DNA of 64,000 nt from an uncultured bacterium (GCA_965369965.1 CBDUSH010000001.1:20269-84268), one strand, 5' to 3'. Counted from the stretch's first letter, positions 40,646 to 49,264 are shown. Numbers and translations: made by a program. The notes: generated from the letters alone by a model not told the origin.

Positions 40646-41635
40646 CTAGTTTCTAAAAAAACCCTGGCTCACGGCCGCCCGTATCGTCCCTTCGATGTCG
40701 ACCACGCGGGGGCCGTCTGCTTGCAGTCTTATCTCCACCCGGTCGGTGGCGGCTACCGTAATCTCTCTCTCTCCGTCCAGCGCGATTACCGACGGCTTGC
40801 AGAGTACCGTAACCTCTTCTCCCGGTTCTAAAATCTTCATTTCGGCCACCTCCACCTCGGCCACCAGTCCCGGCAGTACGGCTGCCTTTACTTTTATATC
40901 GCCGCTTCCCAGCCGGAGGTACATACCCTGCCGGTCGCCGGGTGCCACCGGGTGCAGGTTGCCCCCGATGCAGGTCATCCCGATGTTATTCGGCTCGGCC
41001 CGGGTGCAGACGATCTGCCTGACCTCGGCCAGCTTCCAGATTGCCCGTGAACCGGTGAAAAGCTGGTCTAGAACGACGACATCGACCAGTGCCATGTCGA
41101 TTTCAGCACCGTTCTTGATGACCACCAGTCTTTTATGAATACTTATTGTCTCTTGTCCGTTCAGGAATTTTTGGGCGATGATCCCGGCGGCGATTCCCGC
41201 CGAGGTGGATTCGGTCATCACCGGGAAAACGTTGTTGGTGCCGGTGGATATCGGCACCAGAGGTACGTCCTGCTTTCCCTTGGCCACGTCCCGGTTGGTG
41301 CCGTCTCCGCCCAGGGTGACGATGCAGCCCGCCCCCAGCTCGCCCATCATCTCGGCCGCCTTGAGGCTGTCTTTAGACGTGTAGTCCATAACCATGTCCA
41401 GTACGGAGATTTTCGCCCGGACATTCTCGGTCAGCATCCCGTCCAGGGCTCTCTGTCCGAGGCTGTAATAGTCCGGCATGATAAGTATCTCGTCGACGCC
41501 GGTGGAATCGATACCGGTGATTATCCTTCTCATCAGGTTGGTTTTTTCGGTATTATCGGTCACGCTGGCATAAGCTACCAGCCGCCGGATGTCTTTTCCG
41601 GAGGCGGGATTGGCGATAATGCCCACTATGCTCAC
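40646..41635 (-). CDS. ATP-NAD kinase/diacylglycerol-kinase-fold protein, AcoX-like
   Basis: It has the GGDGT motif (VTLGGDGTNRD) and is 329 aa. Its position inside an aco-type E1/E2 cluster parallels acoX of Cupriavidus necator acoXABC. Confidence 0.65.
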   Translation of the reverse strand: MSIVGIIANPASGKDIRRLVAYASVTDNTEKTNLMRRIITGIDSTGVDEILIMPDYYSLGQRALDGMLTENVRAKISVLDMVMDYTSKDSLKAAEMMGELGAGCIVTLGGDGTNRDVAKGKQDVPLVPISTGTNNVFPVMTESTSAGIAAGIIAQKFLNGQETISIHKRLVVIKNGAEIDMALVDVVVLDQLFTGSRAIWKLAEVRQIVCTRAEPNNIGMTCIGGNLHPVAPGDRQGMYLRLGSGDIKVKAAVLPGLVAEVEVAEMKILEPGEEVTVLCKPSVIALDGEREITVAATDRVEIRLQADGPRVVDIEGTIRAAVSQGFFRN

Positions 41636-42622
41636 TTAATCAGCCCTGTCTAACTCGGCGCGGTTAACGCAATTGGGCATCGGCTCGCCTTTCAGACCGG
41701 CAATCAGGTTCTCTGCTCCCAGTACGCTCATGTCGGTTCCTGTCTGCCAGGTTCGCGCCCCGATGTGTGGAGTAATTATCAGGTTGTCCAGGGAGAACAG
41801 CGGATCATCCTTCGAAATAGGCTCTTCTCTGGTGACGTCTATCGCCGCGCCCCGTATCCGTTTATTTTTCAAGGCTTCGTACAGCGCGTCCTGGTCCACC
41901 ACTTTCCCCCGTGAGGTGTTGACCAGCACTGCCGTTGGTTTCATGCAGGCCAGTTCCCTGGCGCCGATGAGGTGCTGCGTGTCGCTTTTCATCGGCACGT
42001 TGATGCTAACAAAGTCGCACCGGCCGAGCAGGGTTGGTATGTCCCCGACGTATTCTGCGCCCAGTTCTTCCTCGTCCTCTCTCCGGTTCCGGTTGTAGTA
42101 AAGTACCTTCATATCGAAACCGCGGGCACGTCTGGCCACGGCAGCGCCGATGCGCCCCATGCCGATAATGCCCAGCGTCTTGTGGTGGACGTCGAGGCCG
42201 GTCAGCGCCATCGGGCCCCACATTTTCCATTCCCCCCGCGCCGTCAGGTCGACCATTTCCACTATCCTCCGGGCGAAGGCGAGCATGATTGTAAAAGCCA
42301 GGTCGGCGGTGCTTTCGGTGACCGCCCCCGGGGTATTACTGACCTTGATGCCCCGTTTGGTCGCCGCCTTGGTGTCGATGTTGTCGTAGCCCACGCTCAC
42401 GTTGGCGATCACCTTCAGCTTCGGGGCGGCGTCCATCACCTCACCGTCTATCGTATCGTCGCCCCAGAGCAGCAACCCGTCCGCGTCGGCCAGGTGGCGG
42501 ATAAGCTCTTCACGGGGGATGGTATCCTCCTCCGGCCACACTTCATAATCAGCGTATCGGCCGATGATGTCGAGCGCCTCTTGCGCCATCGTTCTGGTGA
42601 TGTATACTTTTGGTTTCGGCAT
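41636..42622 (-). CDS. D-isomer-specific 2-hydroxyacid dehydrogenase (glyoxylate/hydroxypyruvate reductase-like)
   Basis: It has the NAD-binding motif GIIGMGRIGAAVARRA and catalytic R/E/H blocks (NTSRG, TPHIG). Confidence 0.88.
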   Translation of the reverse strand: MPKPKVYITRTMAQEALDIIGRYADYEVWPEEDTIPREELIRHLADADGLLLWGDDTIDGEVMDAAPKLKVIANVSVGYDNIDTKAATKRGIKVSNTPGAVTESTADLAFTIMLAFARRIVEMVDLTARGEWKMWGPMALTGLDVHHKTLGIIGMGRIGAAVARRARGFDMKVLYYNRNRREDEEELGAEYVGDIPTLLGRCDFVSINVPMKSDTQHLIGARELACMKPTAVLVNTSRGKVVDQDALYEALKNKRIRGAAIDVTREEPISKDDPLFSLDNLIITPHIGARTWQTGTDMSVLGAENLIAGLKGEPMPNCVNRAELDRAD

Positions 42623-42667
42623 TTGATATCTCCGGTAATCAGTCTCTTTATGAAATGTCGTCTCCGG

Positions 42668-43237
42668 CTACCGGCCGGCAAAATAAACGTTTTTCCCCGA
42701 TACCGACAGCGGGATGCCGATTGCCAGGTCGGCGTCCATCAGTTTCATCCGGCGGGCAGCGGCGCCTATCGAGTACATCATGCGGTTGTCCACGTTAAAG
42801 TCACTGGCCGTCTTCACCGCCGAAGCCAGGGCGATGCCCAGATCCATCGACTGGAAATGGCACATCGGGCCGCTGGCGTCACCGCCGTCTATCTTTTTCG
42901 CTTTCAGTATTGCCTGGCAGTTATGGCCGCAGGCGCCGCAGTCGAGAGGTATCTCCGCCTTTTTAGGCTCGCCGGTAACGCCGATAATCAGCACTGCCGC
43001 TGACTGCCGGACGTCGTCGGCGTTCCTCTTAAAAAAGGCCAGCCTCTCCGGGTCGTCCTCATATCTTTTTTCCATGGCCCGGGCCAGCGCTTCCAGTTCG
43101 TCGGCGCCGTGTAAAATAAGCGTCTTTGTCGAATCCAGCCCCCTCGTTTTGGGGGAGGTGCGGCTGCTCACCGCCATCAACCGGGCGGCATCCAGTATCC
43201 CTTCTCTTTCCGCCTCATCCGAGCTTATTCGTGCCAT
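42668..43237 (-). CDS. ferredoxin-like-domain protein (resembles COG4739/DUF2148 family)
   Basis: 189 aa with the Cys cluster CGACGHNC plus a distal Cys. The family assignment is from memory of the DUF2148 pattern and is not verified. Confidence 0.4.
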   Translation of the reverse strand: MARISSDEAEREGILDAARLMAVSSRTSPKTRGLDSTKTLILHGADELEALARAMEKRYEDDPERLAFFKRNADDVRQSAAVLIIGVTGEPKKAEIPLDCGACGHNCQAILKAKKIDGGDASGPMCHFQSMDLGIALASAVKTASDFNVDNRMMYSIGAAARRMKLMDADLAIGIPLSVSGKNVYFAGR

Positions 43238-43291
43238 GAATCGTCTCCTCCCTGCGGTTGAACTGCCTTTCTGTGTCGATATCCGGCAGCT

Positions 43292-44272
43292 CTAGCCGCT
43301 TATCGCGTCTATCGCCGCGATAAGCTGGTTTTCGTCGGGCATCCAGAAATCCTCCAGGACTACACCGTAGGGGACCGGGGTATCGGGCGCGTTGACCCTC
43401 TTTATCGGCGCGTCCAGGTAGTCGAAGGCCTCATCGGCGCAAATGGCGGCCACATGCCCGGCGAAGCTCCCCGTCACGTGTTCCTCGGTGAAGAGTATCA
43501 GCCGGCCGGTCTTTTTGACCGAATCCAGGACTGTCTGCTTGTCAAAGGGCACTATCGTCCGCGGGTCGATCACTTCCAGGCTGATACCGCGTTCCTGCTG
43601 CATTTTCTCGGCCACGTTCAGCGCCTTGCTTACCATGTAGGCGGTCGCCACCACGGTGATATCGGTGCCTTCCCGCTTGATTTCAGCCACCCCGAAAGGT
43701 ATCGTGTAATCCTCGTCCGGCACCATGCCTTTCGGGCTGGTCCACATCAGCATCTTGTGCTCGAAAAACATCACCGGGTTATCGTCCCGGATGGCCGTTT
43801 TCAGCAGACCCTTGGCATCGCAGGGATTTGAAGGCAGTACGATTTTCAGCCCCGGCATGCACATCATCATCCCCTCCAGGCTCTGGGAATGCTGGGCGGC
43901 TGTCCGCCGGCCGGCCCCGCTGAGAGCCGTCATCACCAGGGGCACCGAAATCTTGCCCCCGAACATGTAGCGCATTTTGGTCATCCCGTTCATTATCTCG
44001 TCCCAGGCCACTCCCAGGAAGTCACAGAACCTCATCTGCGGGATGGGTCTCATCCCGGTTATTGCCGAACCGATAGCGGCCCCCAGGATGGCTGCTTCGG
44101 AGAGTGGTGTGTCCCGTACCCGGCCCGGGTACTTCTCGTACAAACCCCCGATTTCGCCCATCAGGCCGCCCATTTTGCCCACATCCTCTCCCAGGATGTA
44201 CACCCTCTCGTCCCGCTCCATTTCCTCGGCCATCGCCTCGCCGACTGCTTGGCGAAAGTTTATCTCTCTCAT
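43292..44272 (-). CDS. 2-oxoacid/acetoin dehydrogenase E1 component beta subunit
   Basis: 326 aa with a transketolase-like pyrimidine-binding domain (ILGEDVG..GG....T.GL...PGRVRDTPLSEAA). Confidence 0.92.
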   Translation of the reverse strand: MREINFRQAVGEAMAEEMERDERVYILGEDVGKMGGLMGEIGGLYEKYPGRVRDTPLSEAAILGAAIGSAITGMRPIPQMRFCDFLGVAWDEIMNGMTKMRYMFGGKISVPLVMTALSGAGRRTAAQHSQSLEGMMMCMPGLKIVLPSNPCDAKGLLKTAIRDDNPVMFFEHKMLMWTSPKGMVPDEDYTIPFGVAEIKREGTDITVVATAYMVSKALNVAEKMQQERGISLEVIDPRTIVPFDKQTVLDSVKKTGRLILFTEEHVTGSFAGHVAAICADEAFDYLDAPIKRVNAPDTPVPYGVVLEDFWMPDENQLIAAIDAISG

Positions 44273-44281
44273 TTTCCCCTC

Positions 44282-45241
44282 CTAGGCATATACGTTGTCC
44301 AGCGTTTCTTCCGGGTTCGGGAAAGGACTCTCCAGGGCGAACTTCACCGCTTCGTCCATTTCCGCCAGCGCCGCCTCGTCAATATCTTTGGCCTGCCCTT
44401 CGGTCAGCACCTTCATTTCCAGGAGTTTTTCCTGGAAGAGCTTTATCGGGTCCCGTTTCAGCCAGGCGTCAATTTCCTCCTGGGGCCGGTAAGTCCCGGA
44501 ATCTCCTTCGAAGTGACCGTGGTAGCGGTAGGTTTTAGCCTCGATCAAAGTCGGTCCCCCGCCGCTCTTGGCTCTGGCCACCGCCTCTCCCATCACCTCG
44601 TGTACCGCCATCACGTCCTGTCCGTCCACCACCACCCCGGGAATCCCGTAGCCCACCGCCCGGTCGGCAATGTCGTGTATTGCCAGGGAACAGGTCGTCG
44701 GCACCGATACCGCCCAAAGGTTATTTTCACAGACGAAAATTACCGGCAGGCACCAGACCGCCGCCAGGTTGATGCCTTCGTGGAATCTCCCGATGTTGGA
44801 GGCGCCGTCGCCGAAGAAGACGACGGTTATCTGGTCGGTGCCTCTCATTACCGCGGAAAGACCGGCTCCGGTGGCCACCGGTATTCCTGACCCCACGATA
44901 CCCGCCGCCCCCAGCATGCCGATGTCCAGGTCGGCGATGTGCATCGAGCCGCCCTTGCCCAGGCAGTAGCCGGTTTTTTTAGCGAAAAGCTCCGCCATTG
45001 CCCTCTTCGGATCACCGCCCTTGGCAAGCAGGTGCCCGTGTCCGCGGTGGTTACTGACAATGTAGTCCTCCGTCCTCAGGTGCGCCAGCGCTCCGGAGGC
45101 AATCGCCTCCTCCCCGATGTAGAGGTGGACGCTGCCGGGGATGTTTCCCGCCTTGAATTCGGTGGAAACTCTTTCTTCGAAACGGCGGATACGGACCATG
45201 GTGCGGAACATGCTGATTAACTTCTCTTTTTCTATTGCCAT
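44282..45241 (-). CDS. thiamine-diphosphate-dependent E1 component alpha subunit, AcoA-like
   Basis: It has the ThDP motif GDGASNIG...ENNLWA, plus HRGHGH and GKGGSMHIAD, which are typical of acetoin-dehydrogenase-type E1 alpha. Confidence 0.9.
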   Translation of the reverse strand: MAIEKEKLISMFRTMVRIRRFEERVSTEFKAGNIPGSVHLYIGEEAIASGALAHLRTEDYIVSNHRGHGHLLAKGGDPKRAMAELFAKKTGYCLGKGGSMHIADLDIGMLGAAGIVGSGIPVATGAGLSAVMRGTDQITVVFFGDGASNIGRFHEGINLAAVWCLPVIFVCENNLWAVSVPTTCSLAIHDIADRAVGYGIPGVVVDGQDVMAVHEVMGEAVARAKSGGGPTLIEAKTYRYHGHFEGDSGTYRPQEEIDAWLKRDPIKLFQEKLLEMKVLTEGQAKDIDEAALAEMDEAVKFALESPFPNPEETLDNVYA

Positions 45242-45324
45242 TCTGTTTTCCTCTCCCGTCCTGGTAATATTGCTCCGGGTGCCGCGGAGGGCGGCAGCTG
45301 TTCTGGTATGCCTCCGCCGGCCTT

Positions 45325-45747
45325 CTAGACTGATCTTTTCGCCAGGTCTTCAAGCATGATATCAGCGGCTTCTATGGCCGACATGCCATCCTTAATCCCC
45401 AGTTTTTTCGCCAGCTCATTGATTGCGGATACTTTGCCCTGCTCGTAGGTGCTGGTGCCGTTGCCGATTTTGGCCGACATGGAGGACACGGCCACCGCCG
45501 GGATATCCCACTTGTCCAACCCCTTCATTCCGGCGATTCCGGCATCGTTCTTGCCGATACCGGCGTCATTGCTGACCATCCCTTTTATCTTCAGGTTAGC
45601 CATGTACTCGCAGGCGTTGACACCACCGTGCGAACCGGTGATGATGATATCCATATTGTTGTCCTGTTTAACTTCGGAACTGGTATCCATGACTACGATT
45701 CGGGCTTTTCCCATTTCCTTGACGACTTTTCGTTTGTCTTCCGGCAT
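45325..45747 (-). CDS. conserved hypothetical protein, paralog 2 (GSHGG / NDAG motif family, unrecognised)
   Basis: 140 aa. A gap-free hand alignment gives ~50% identity to the upstream ORF. I recognise no family. Confidence 0.7.
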   Translation of the reverse strand: MPEDKRKVVKEMGKARIVVMDTSSEVKQDNNMDIIITGSHGGVNACEYMANLKIKGMVSNDAGIGKNDAGIAGMKGLDKWDIPAVAVSSMSAKIGNGTSTYEQGKVSAINELAKKLGIKDGMSAIEAADIMLEDLAKRSV

Positions 45748-45791
45748 CTGCTTGTCACCTCTTTCTTAAATCCAGGCCGTTGTTATTTTAC

Positions 45792-46199
45792 TCAACCGTT
45801 CTCAAACATCCGGTCGGCGGCATCCCTGGCGGGTATCCCTTCCTTGATGCCCAGTTTCCGGGCCGCCTCGTTGGCTGCTGAAATTACACCACTGTAATAG
45901 GTGTCCACCCCGACGCCGATTTCAGCCGACATGCTGGATACCGCCGCCGCCGGGATACCCTGTTCGTCCATCAGTTTCAGGGCGGCGATTCCGGCGTCCT
46001 CAAGTCCCCCGCCGGCGTCATTGCCGATCATTCCCTTTACCCCGGATTCAATCATCATCTCTCCCACGTTGATGCCGCAGTGGGAACCGTCCACCATCAC
46101 GTCACCCCGGTTCTCTTCGGTCAGTGACGTCGCCGAATCGGCAATCACTATCCGGGATTTTTCTGATGCTCTCACTATTTTGTGTATCTCGTGAATCAA
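45792..46199 (-). CDS. conserved hypothetical protein, paralog 1 (GSHCG / NDAG motif family, unrecognised)
   Basis: 135 aa. The TTG start is preceded by a GGGGGGA Shine-Dalgarno-like run. It is the first gene of the operon. Confidence 0.7.
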   Translation of the reverse strand: MIHEIHKIVRASEKSRIVIADSATSLTEENRGDVMVDGSHCGINVGEMMIESGVKGMIGNDAGGGLEDAGIAALKLMDEQGIPAAAVSSMSAEIGVGVDTYYSGVISAANEAARKLGIKEGIPARDAADRMFENG

Positions 46200-46238
46200 G
46201 GTTGTCCCCCCTTTCAGATAATTATTTAAGGCACCTTT

Positions 46239-46270
46239 ATTATACTACTTTATTGGTGTGACCGGTTCAA
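46239..46270 (-). promoter_or_regulatory. possible promoter of the dehydrogenase operon
   Basis: On the minus strand: TATAAT (46244-46239) with TTGAAC (46270-46265) 20 nt upstream. The spacer is longer than optimal. The -35-like hexamer lies inside repeat copy 1. Confidence 0.3.
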
Positions 46271-46400
46271 AACTTTAGAATCCGGCTATCCCCGCCCGGT
46301 GACCGGCTCAAAACTTTGGAATCAGGCTATCCCCGCCCGGTGACCGGTTCAAAACTTTGGAATCAGGCCATCCCCGCCCCGTGTCCGGCTTAAAAGTAAG
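46258..46400. repeat. 41-bp tandem direct repeat, 3 full copies plus a degenerate fourth
   Basis: Copies lie at 46258-46298, 46299-46339 and 46340-46380, differing by 2-4 nt from one another. A partial copy starts at 46381. Each copy contains the dyad TTCAAAACTTTGGAA. Confidence 0.9.
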
Positions 46401-46499
46401 GAAAGTGAACCCCGGATTTTAACCGTAATGTTCACTTCCTTCCTTTATATATTGTACAGCCTCGGAAAACCTGGTGCCGTTTAATACCGGCCGGTCGGT

Positions 46500-46532
46500 A
46501 AAAAGAGTTGCCGCTTGCCGGCAACTCTTTTT
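46500..46532. terminator. bidirectional intrinsic terminator (serves the phosphotriesterase-homolog gene on the minus strand)
   Basis: AAAAA-GAGTTGCCG-CTTGC-CGGCAACTC-TTTTT: a 9-bp GC-rich stem flanked by A5 and T5. Confidence 0.7.
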
Positions 46533-46644
46533 CTCCCAAATATCCCTGCGCATACTACCCTGCGCCCGACCATTTTGTCAAGAATTTCCACCCGTAATCC
46601 GGGCGAACTCCGGGACTGGCCGCTCCCCGGAAAATATTGAAATA

Positions 46645-47715
46645 TCAGATGAAGCAGAGCATTCTTTTCGGGTTCTCCACGGTAATGGCATTCACCTGCT
46701 CCCCGGTGATACCGGCGTTAACCAGCATCGGCATAACGTACCGGGAAATATGGTCGTAGCCCACGCCGCCGTAGCGGGCACGCTGGTACTTATGGCAGAC
46801 GTCATGGGAGATGAGAATCTGGTTCAGGTACCCCTCCCCGATCAGCGCCCGGATTTCTTCCGCCCGCCCGCTGTCGCTGGGGATGCTGATGAATGAATTT
46901 TTATACAGGTTCACCGGCGCCGGTCCGGGCCAGCCGAAGCAGTCGTATTCGAGATAGCAGCCGGCTTTAGCCACCCGGCAGCGTACGTCGTGGTCGCGTA
47001 CCCGGATGTCGATGTGGCTGATGACGGTGCGGCTCAGGTCGGCGTCGGCGTCGCTCAGAATCTCCAGTATTTCCAGTACCGCTTCGTTATTCTGGCGTCC
47101 CGGGTGGATGTTTAATGATGCTCCGGTAATCCGTTGCGCCCGGGCGGCGGCCCGCATTGCCTTTTTTTCATTAGCCGCCAGCGGCCAGGAACAGCCTATC
47201 TCGCCGATGATTCCCGCCCGTATCCCGCTTTCCCCGACGCCGGTATTGACGTCGCGCACGATTTCTTCAGTTATTGCCTCTTCTGACCTGGCGGTCATGT
47301 CCGCCGGGTGTGACGTGGCCAGGTAATGTCCTGACCCCATGATAATGTTCAGCCCGGTGGCCTTGGAGACGCGCACCAGCGCTTCCGGGCTGCGCTGGAT
47401 ACCGATGTTGGTAACGTCGACGATTGTCCCCCCGCCGGCTTCTTTGAAATGCGTCGCTTCGCCGATAGCTTCCGCCTCGTCCATCAGGTCCATGTTGTCC
47501 ACGTTCTGGGAACGGTGGTAGCTCAGCCAGTGCAGCAGTTCCAGATTGACCGGCTGGTGCGCTTTCACCCGGTCGTCTTCGTCCTCCGGCTCGTTGAAAT
47601 TGGCCGTGACGTGTTCCATGATGAGGTGCTCGTGGGGTAGTGTAACCCCCAGTTCTTTGCCCTCGATCGGCCCCAGTACCGTCATTGCTTTTCCGGCGAA
47701 TTTTGAAACAGACAT
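46645..47715 (-). CDS. phosphotriesterase-homology protein (amidohydrolase superfamily, PTE/Php family)
   Basis: It has the N-terminal metal motif GVTLPHEHL, is 356 aa, and has the TIM-barrel hydrolase His/Asp pattern (HPG..., SHD). Confidence 0.8.
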   Translation of the reverse strand: MSVSKFAGKAMTVLGPIEGKELGVTLPHEHLIMEHVTANFNEPEDEDDRVKAHQPVNLELLHWLSYHRSQNVDNMDLMDEAEAIGEATHFKEAGGGTIVDVTNIGIQRSPEALVRVSKATGLNIIMGSGHYLATSHPADMTARSEEAITEEIVRDVNTGVGESGIRAGIIGEIGCSWPLAANEKKAMRAAARAQRITGASLNIHPGRQNNEAVLEILEILSDADADLSRTVISHIDIRVRDHDVRCRVAKAGCYLEYDCFGWPGPAPVNLYKNSFISIPSDSGRAEEIRALIGEGYLNQILISHDVCHKYQRARYGGVGYDHISRYVMPMLVNAGITGEQVNAITVENPKRMLCFI

Positions 47716-47848
47716 ATTTTGCTCTCCTTGTTCGATGAATTATTAAATCAGGTATCTTATAGCTGCCCCTTCTTTTCCGGCGAATTATTGACGCCGGCGT
47801 CTTTGGCTTCCCTTTCTTTTTTTTAGATACCGTCCGGCGGTAACTTGA

Positions 47849-48886
47849 TTATTCGTCCCAGTCGTTCAGCGCCGTAATCGCCTCGCGGAGGACTTCGACG
47901 GATTGTTCGGCGGTATTGACGTCCAGTATTTCGTACGGCGAATGGCTGTACCTTCTCGCCATCAGCAGGTAAATGGAATCCATTTCCGGGTTTATCTCGT
48001 AGGCCATGTGAACATCGTTAAAAGTACCCGTGGCGGCGCAGACGCCGAAAGGTATACCCAGTTTTTTGGCCGCCCCGCCGAGCAGCTTTTGCAGCCGCGG
48101 GCTGGCGAAATTCACCGACGCCGGGTAGAGCACCCCGCCCCCCGGCTGGGTGAAAGACAGCCGTATCACGCCCAGCCCCTCCCGCAGCGGGAAGGCTTTT
48201 TTCGCGTCCGGTACGGCATCCTCGGCAAAACCCGTGTCCGTGGCGATAACCCAGTCCGGCCGCAGCTTCCTCAGGACGTGCCTCATGCCGTAACTGCCTA
48301 TCTCCTCCTGTACCGTGCCGATGAAATAGACGTCGTGACGCGGTTTTTCAGGCATCCGCCGTGCCAGCTCCACCAGGACACTGCAGCCCGCCCGGTCGTC
48401 GATTGACGGACTGGCCAGCAGGCTTTTGTCATCGTCCAGCCACTGCGGCGGCGTGGCGAAGACTATCGGGTCGCCCGGAGAAACGTATTTTTGCCGTCCC
48501 CCGACGTCAATCCACAGCGGCTTATCGCTGCCCGACTCAAAATGGGCGCTCGTCGAGCAGACCACTCCGGGGACGTCCCTCTCTTCGCTCAGGATGAGCA
48601 CCGGGATGCCGGGCAGGGTGCGGAAGTCAATCCAGCCCAGCTTATCAAACCAGACAAACTCGTCTACTTTCAGCACGGCCATAGTGACCTGGTCCATGTG
48701 GGCGGCTATCGCCAGGGAACGCTTTCCCTCCGTCCCTTTCTTCCGGGCAATCAGGTTACCCATCTTGTCGATGTGTATTTCGTCGACGTGCTCTTCCAGT
48801 AATTCCTTCAGCCGGTTGGCGACGCGGCTTTCATGTCCGGTAGGGCCCGGTATCTGGACCAGTTCGTAAAGTAAATCACCAATCAT
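47849..48886 (-). CDS. M42-family aminopeptidase / endoglucanase-like (FrvX/CelM family)
   Basis: It carries LLYELVQIPGPTGHESRV...DKMGNLIA...AHMDQV. I chose the internal ATG at 48886 because AAGGAG lies 6 nt upstream. Confidence 0.8.
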   Translation of the reverse strand: MIGDLLYELVQIPGPTGHESRVANRLKELLEEHVDEIHIDKMGNLIARKKGTEGKRSLAIAAHMDQVTMAVLKVDEFVWFDKLGWIDFRTLPGIPVLILSEERDVPGVVCSTSAHFESGSDKPLWIDVGGRQKYVSPGDPIVFATPPQWLDDDKSLLASPSIDDRAGCSVLVELARRMPEKPRHDVYFIGTVQEEIGSYGMRHVLRKLRPDWVIATDTGFAEDAVPDAKKAFPLREGLGVIRLSFTQPGGGVLYPASVNFASPRLQKLLGGAAKKLGIPFGVCAATGTFNDVHMAYEINPEMDSIYLLMARRYSHSPYEILDVNTAEQSVEVLREAITALNDWDE

Positions 48887-49078
48887 GGCTGACTCCTTCG
48901 TCGGTTTTTCCCTGGGGCAGGCGGGATTCGGCAGGCTCCGTTTCGGGGTCGACCGCCGGTGAATGATAATTGCCCGTTTAGCCAGCAATCATAGCACTGA
49001 CCCTCGGTCGCGTCAAGCTGTTCGGCCACCCGTCCGGAGTTCAATACCCGGCCGGTTATGCGCTACACTTGGAGCAAC

Positions 49079-49124
49079 ACCGGCGTAGCTCAGTGGTAGA
49101 GCCGCCGTTTTGTGAACCGCAGGC
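49079..49124 (+). pseudogene. tRNA-Thr(UGU)-like 5' fragment (acceptor 5' strand through anticodon arm only)
   Basis: It aligns to 49994-50039 of the intact tRNA-Thr, with 20 identical nt across the D-arm. It has no T-arm or 3' acceptor strand, and its anticodon stem has a mismatch. Confidence 0.7.
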
Positions 49125-49264
49125 TACGTTCAATGGCAGACGGGAAAGCGTTGAGATGGTACAACGCCATACTAGGTCAGTCACGTTTCAGGATAGTTTG
49201 AAGTTCTATAAGGGCGTATTAAGTTAGTGAAGTTTATAACGGTTATCAGCCGTTGTCAGCTATA

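Noticed and set aside
41972-44890. Long plus-strand ORFs (343 aa, 333 aa) and many similar 100-420-aa antisense ORFs elsewhere (for example 13556-14446, 24467-25216, 30956-31780, 51625-52599, 54099-54857, 55555-56814)
   Set aside because: All lie opposite well-supported conserved genes. They are His/Arg/Pro/Gly-rich, as expected for antisense frames in GC-rich DNA, and they show no recognisable motifs.
46258-46400. Considered whether the 41-bp repeat array is a CRISPR array
   Set aside because: The units are contiguous with no unique spacers between them. There are only about 3.5 copies and no cas genes in the window.
46474-46896. 140-aa plus-strand ORF
   Set aside because: It runs through the bidirectional terminator and is antisense to the 3' end of the phosphotriesterase-homolog gene. 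It has no recognisable motif.
49079-49160. Considered calling a second functional tRNA-Thr(UGU)
   Set aside because: Neither a T-arm nor a 3' acceptor strand can be formed, and the anticodon stem has a C-C mismatch. I report it as a fragment instead.
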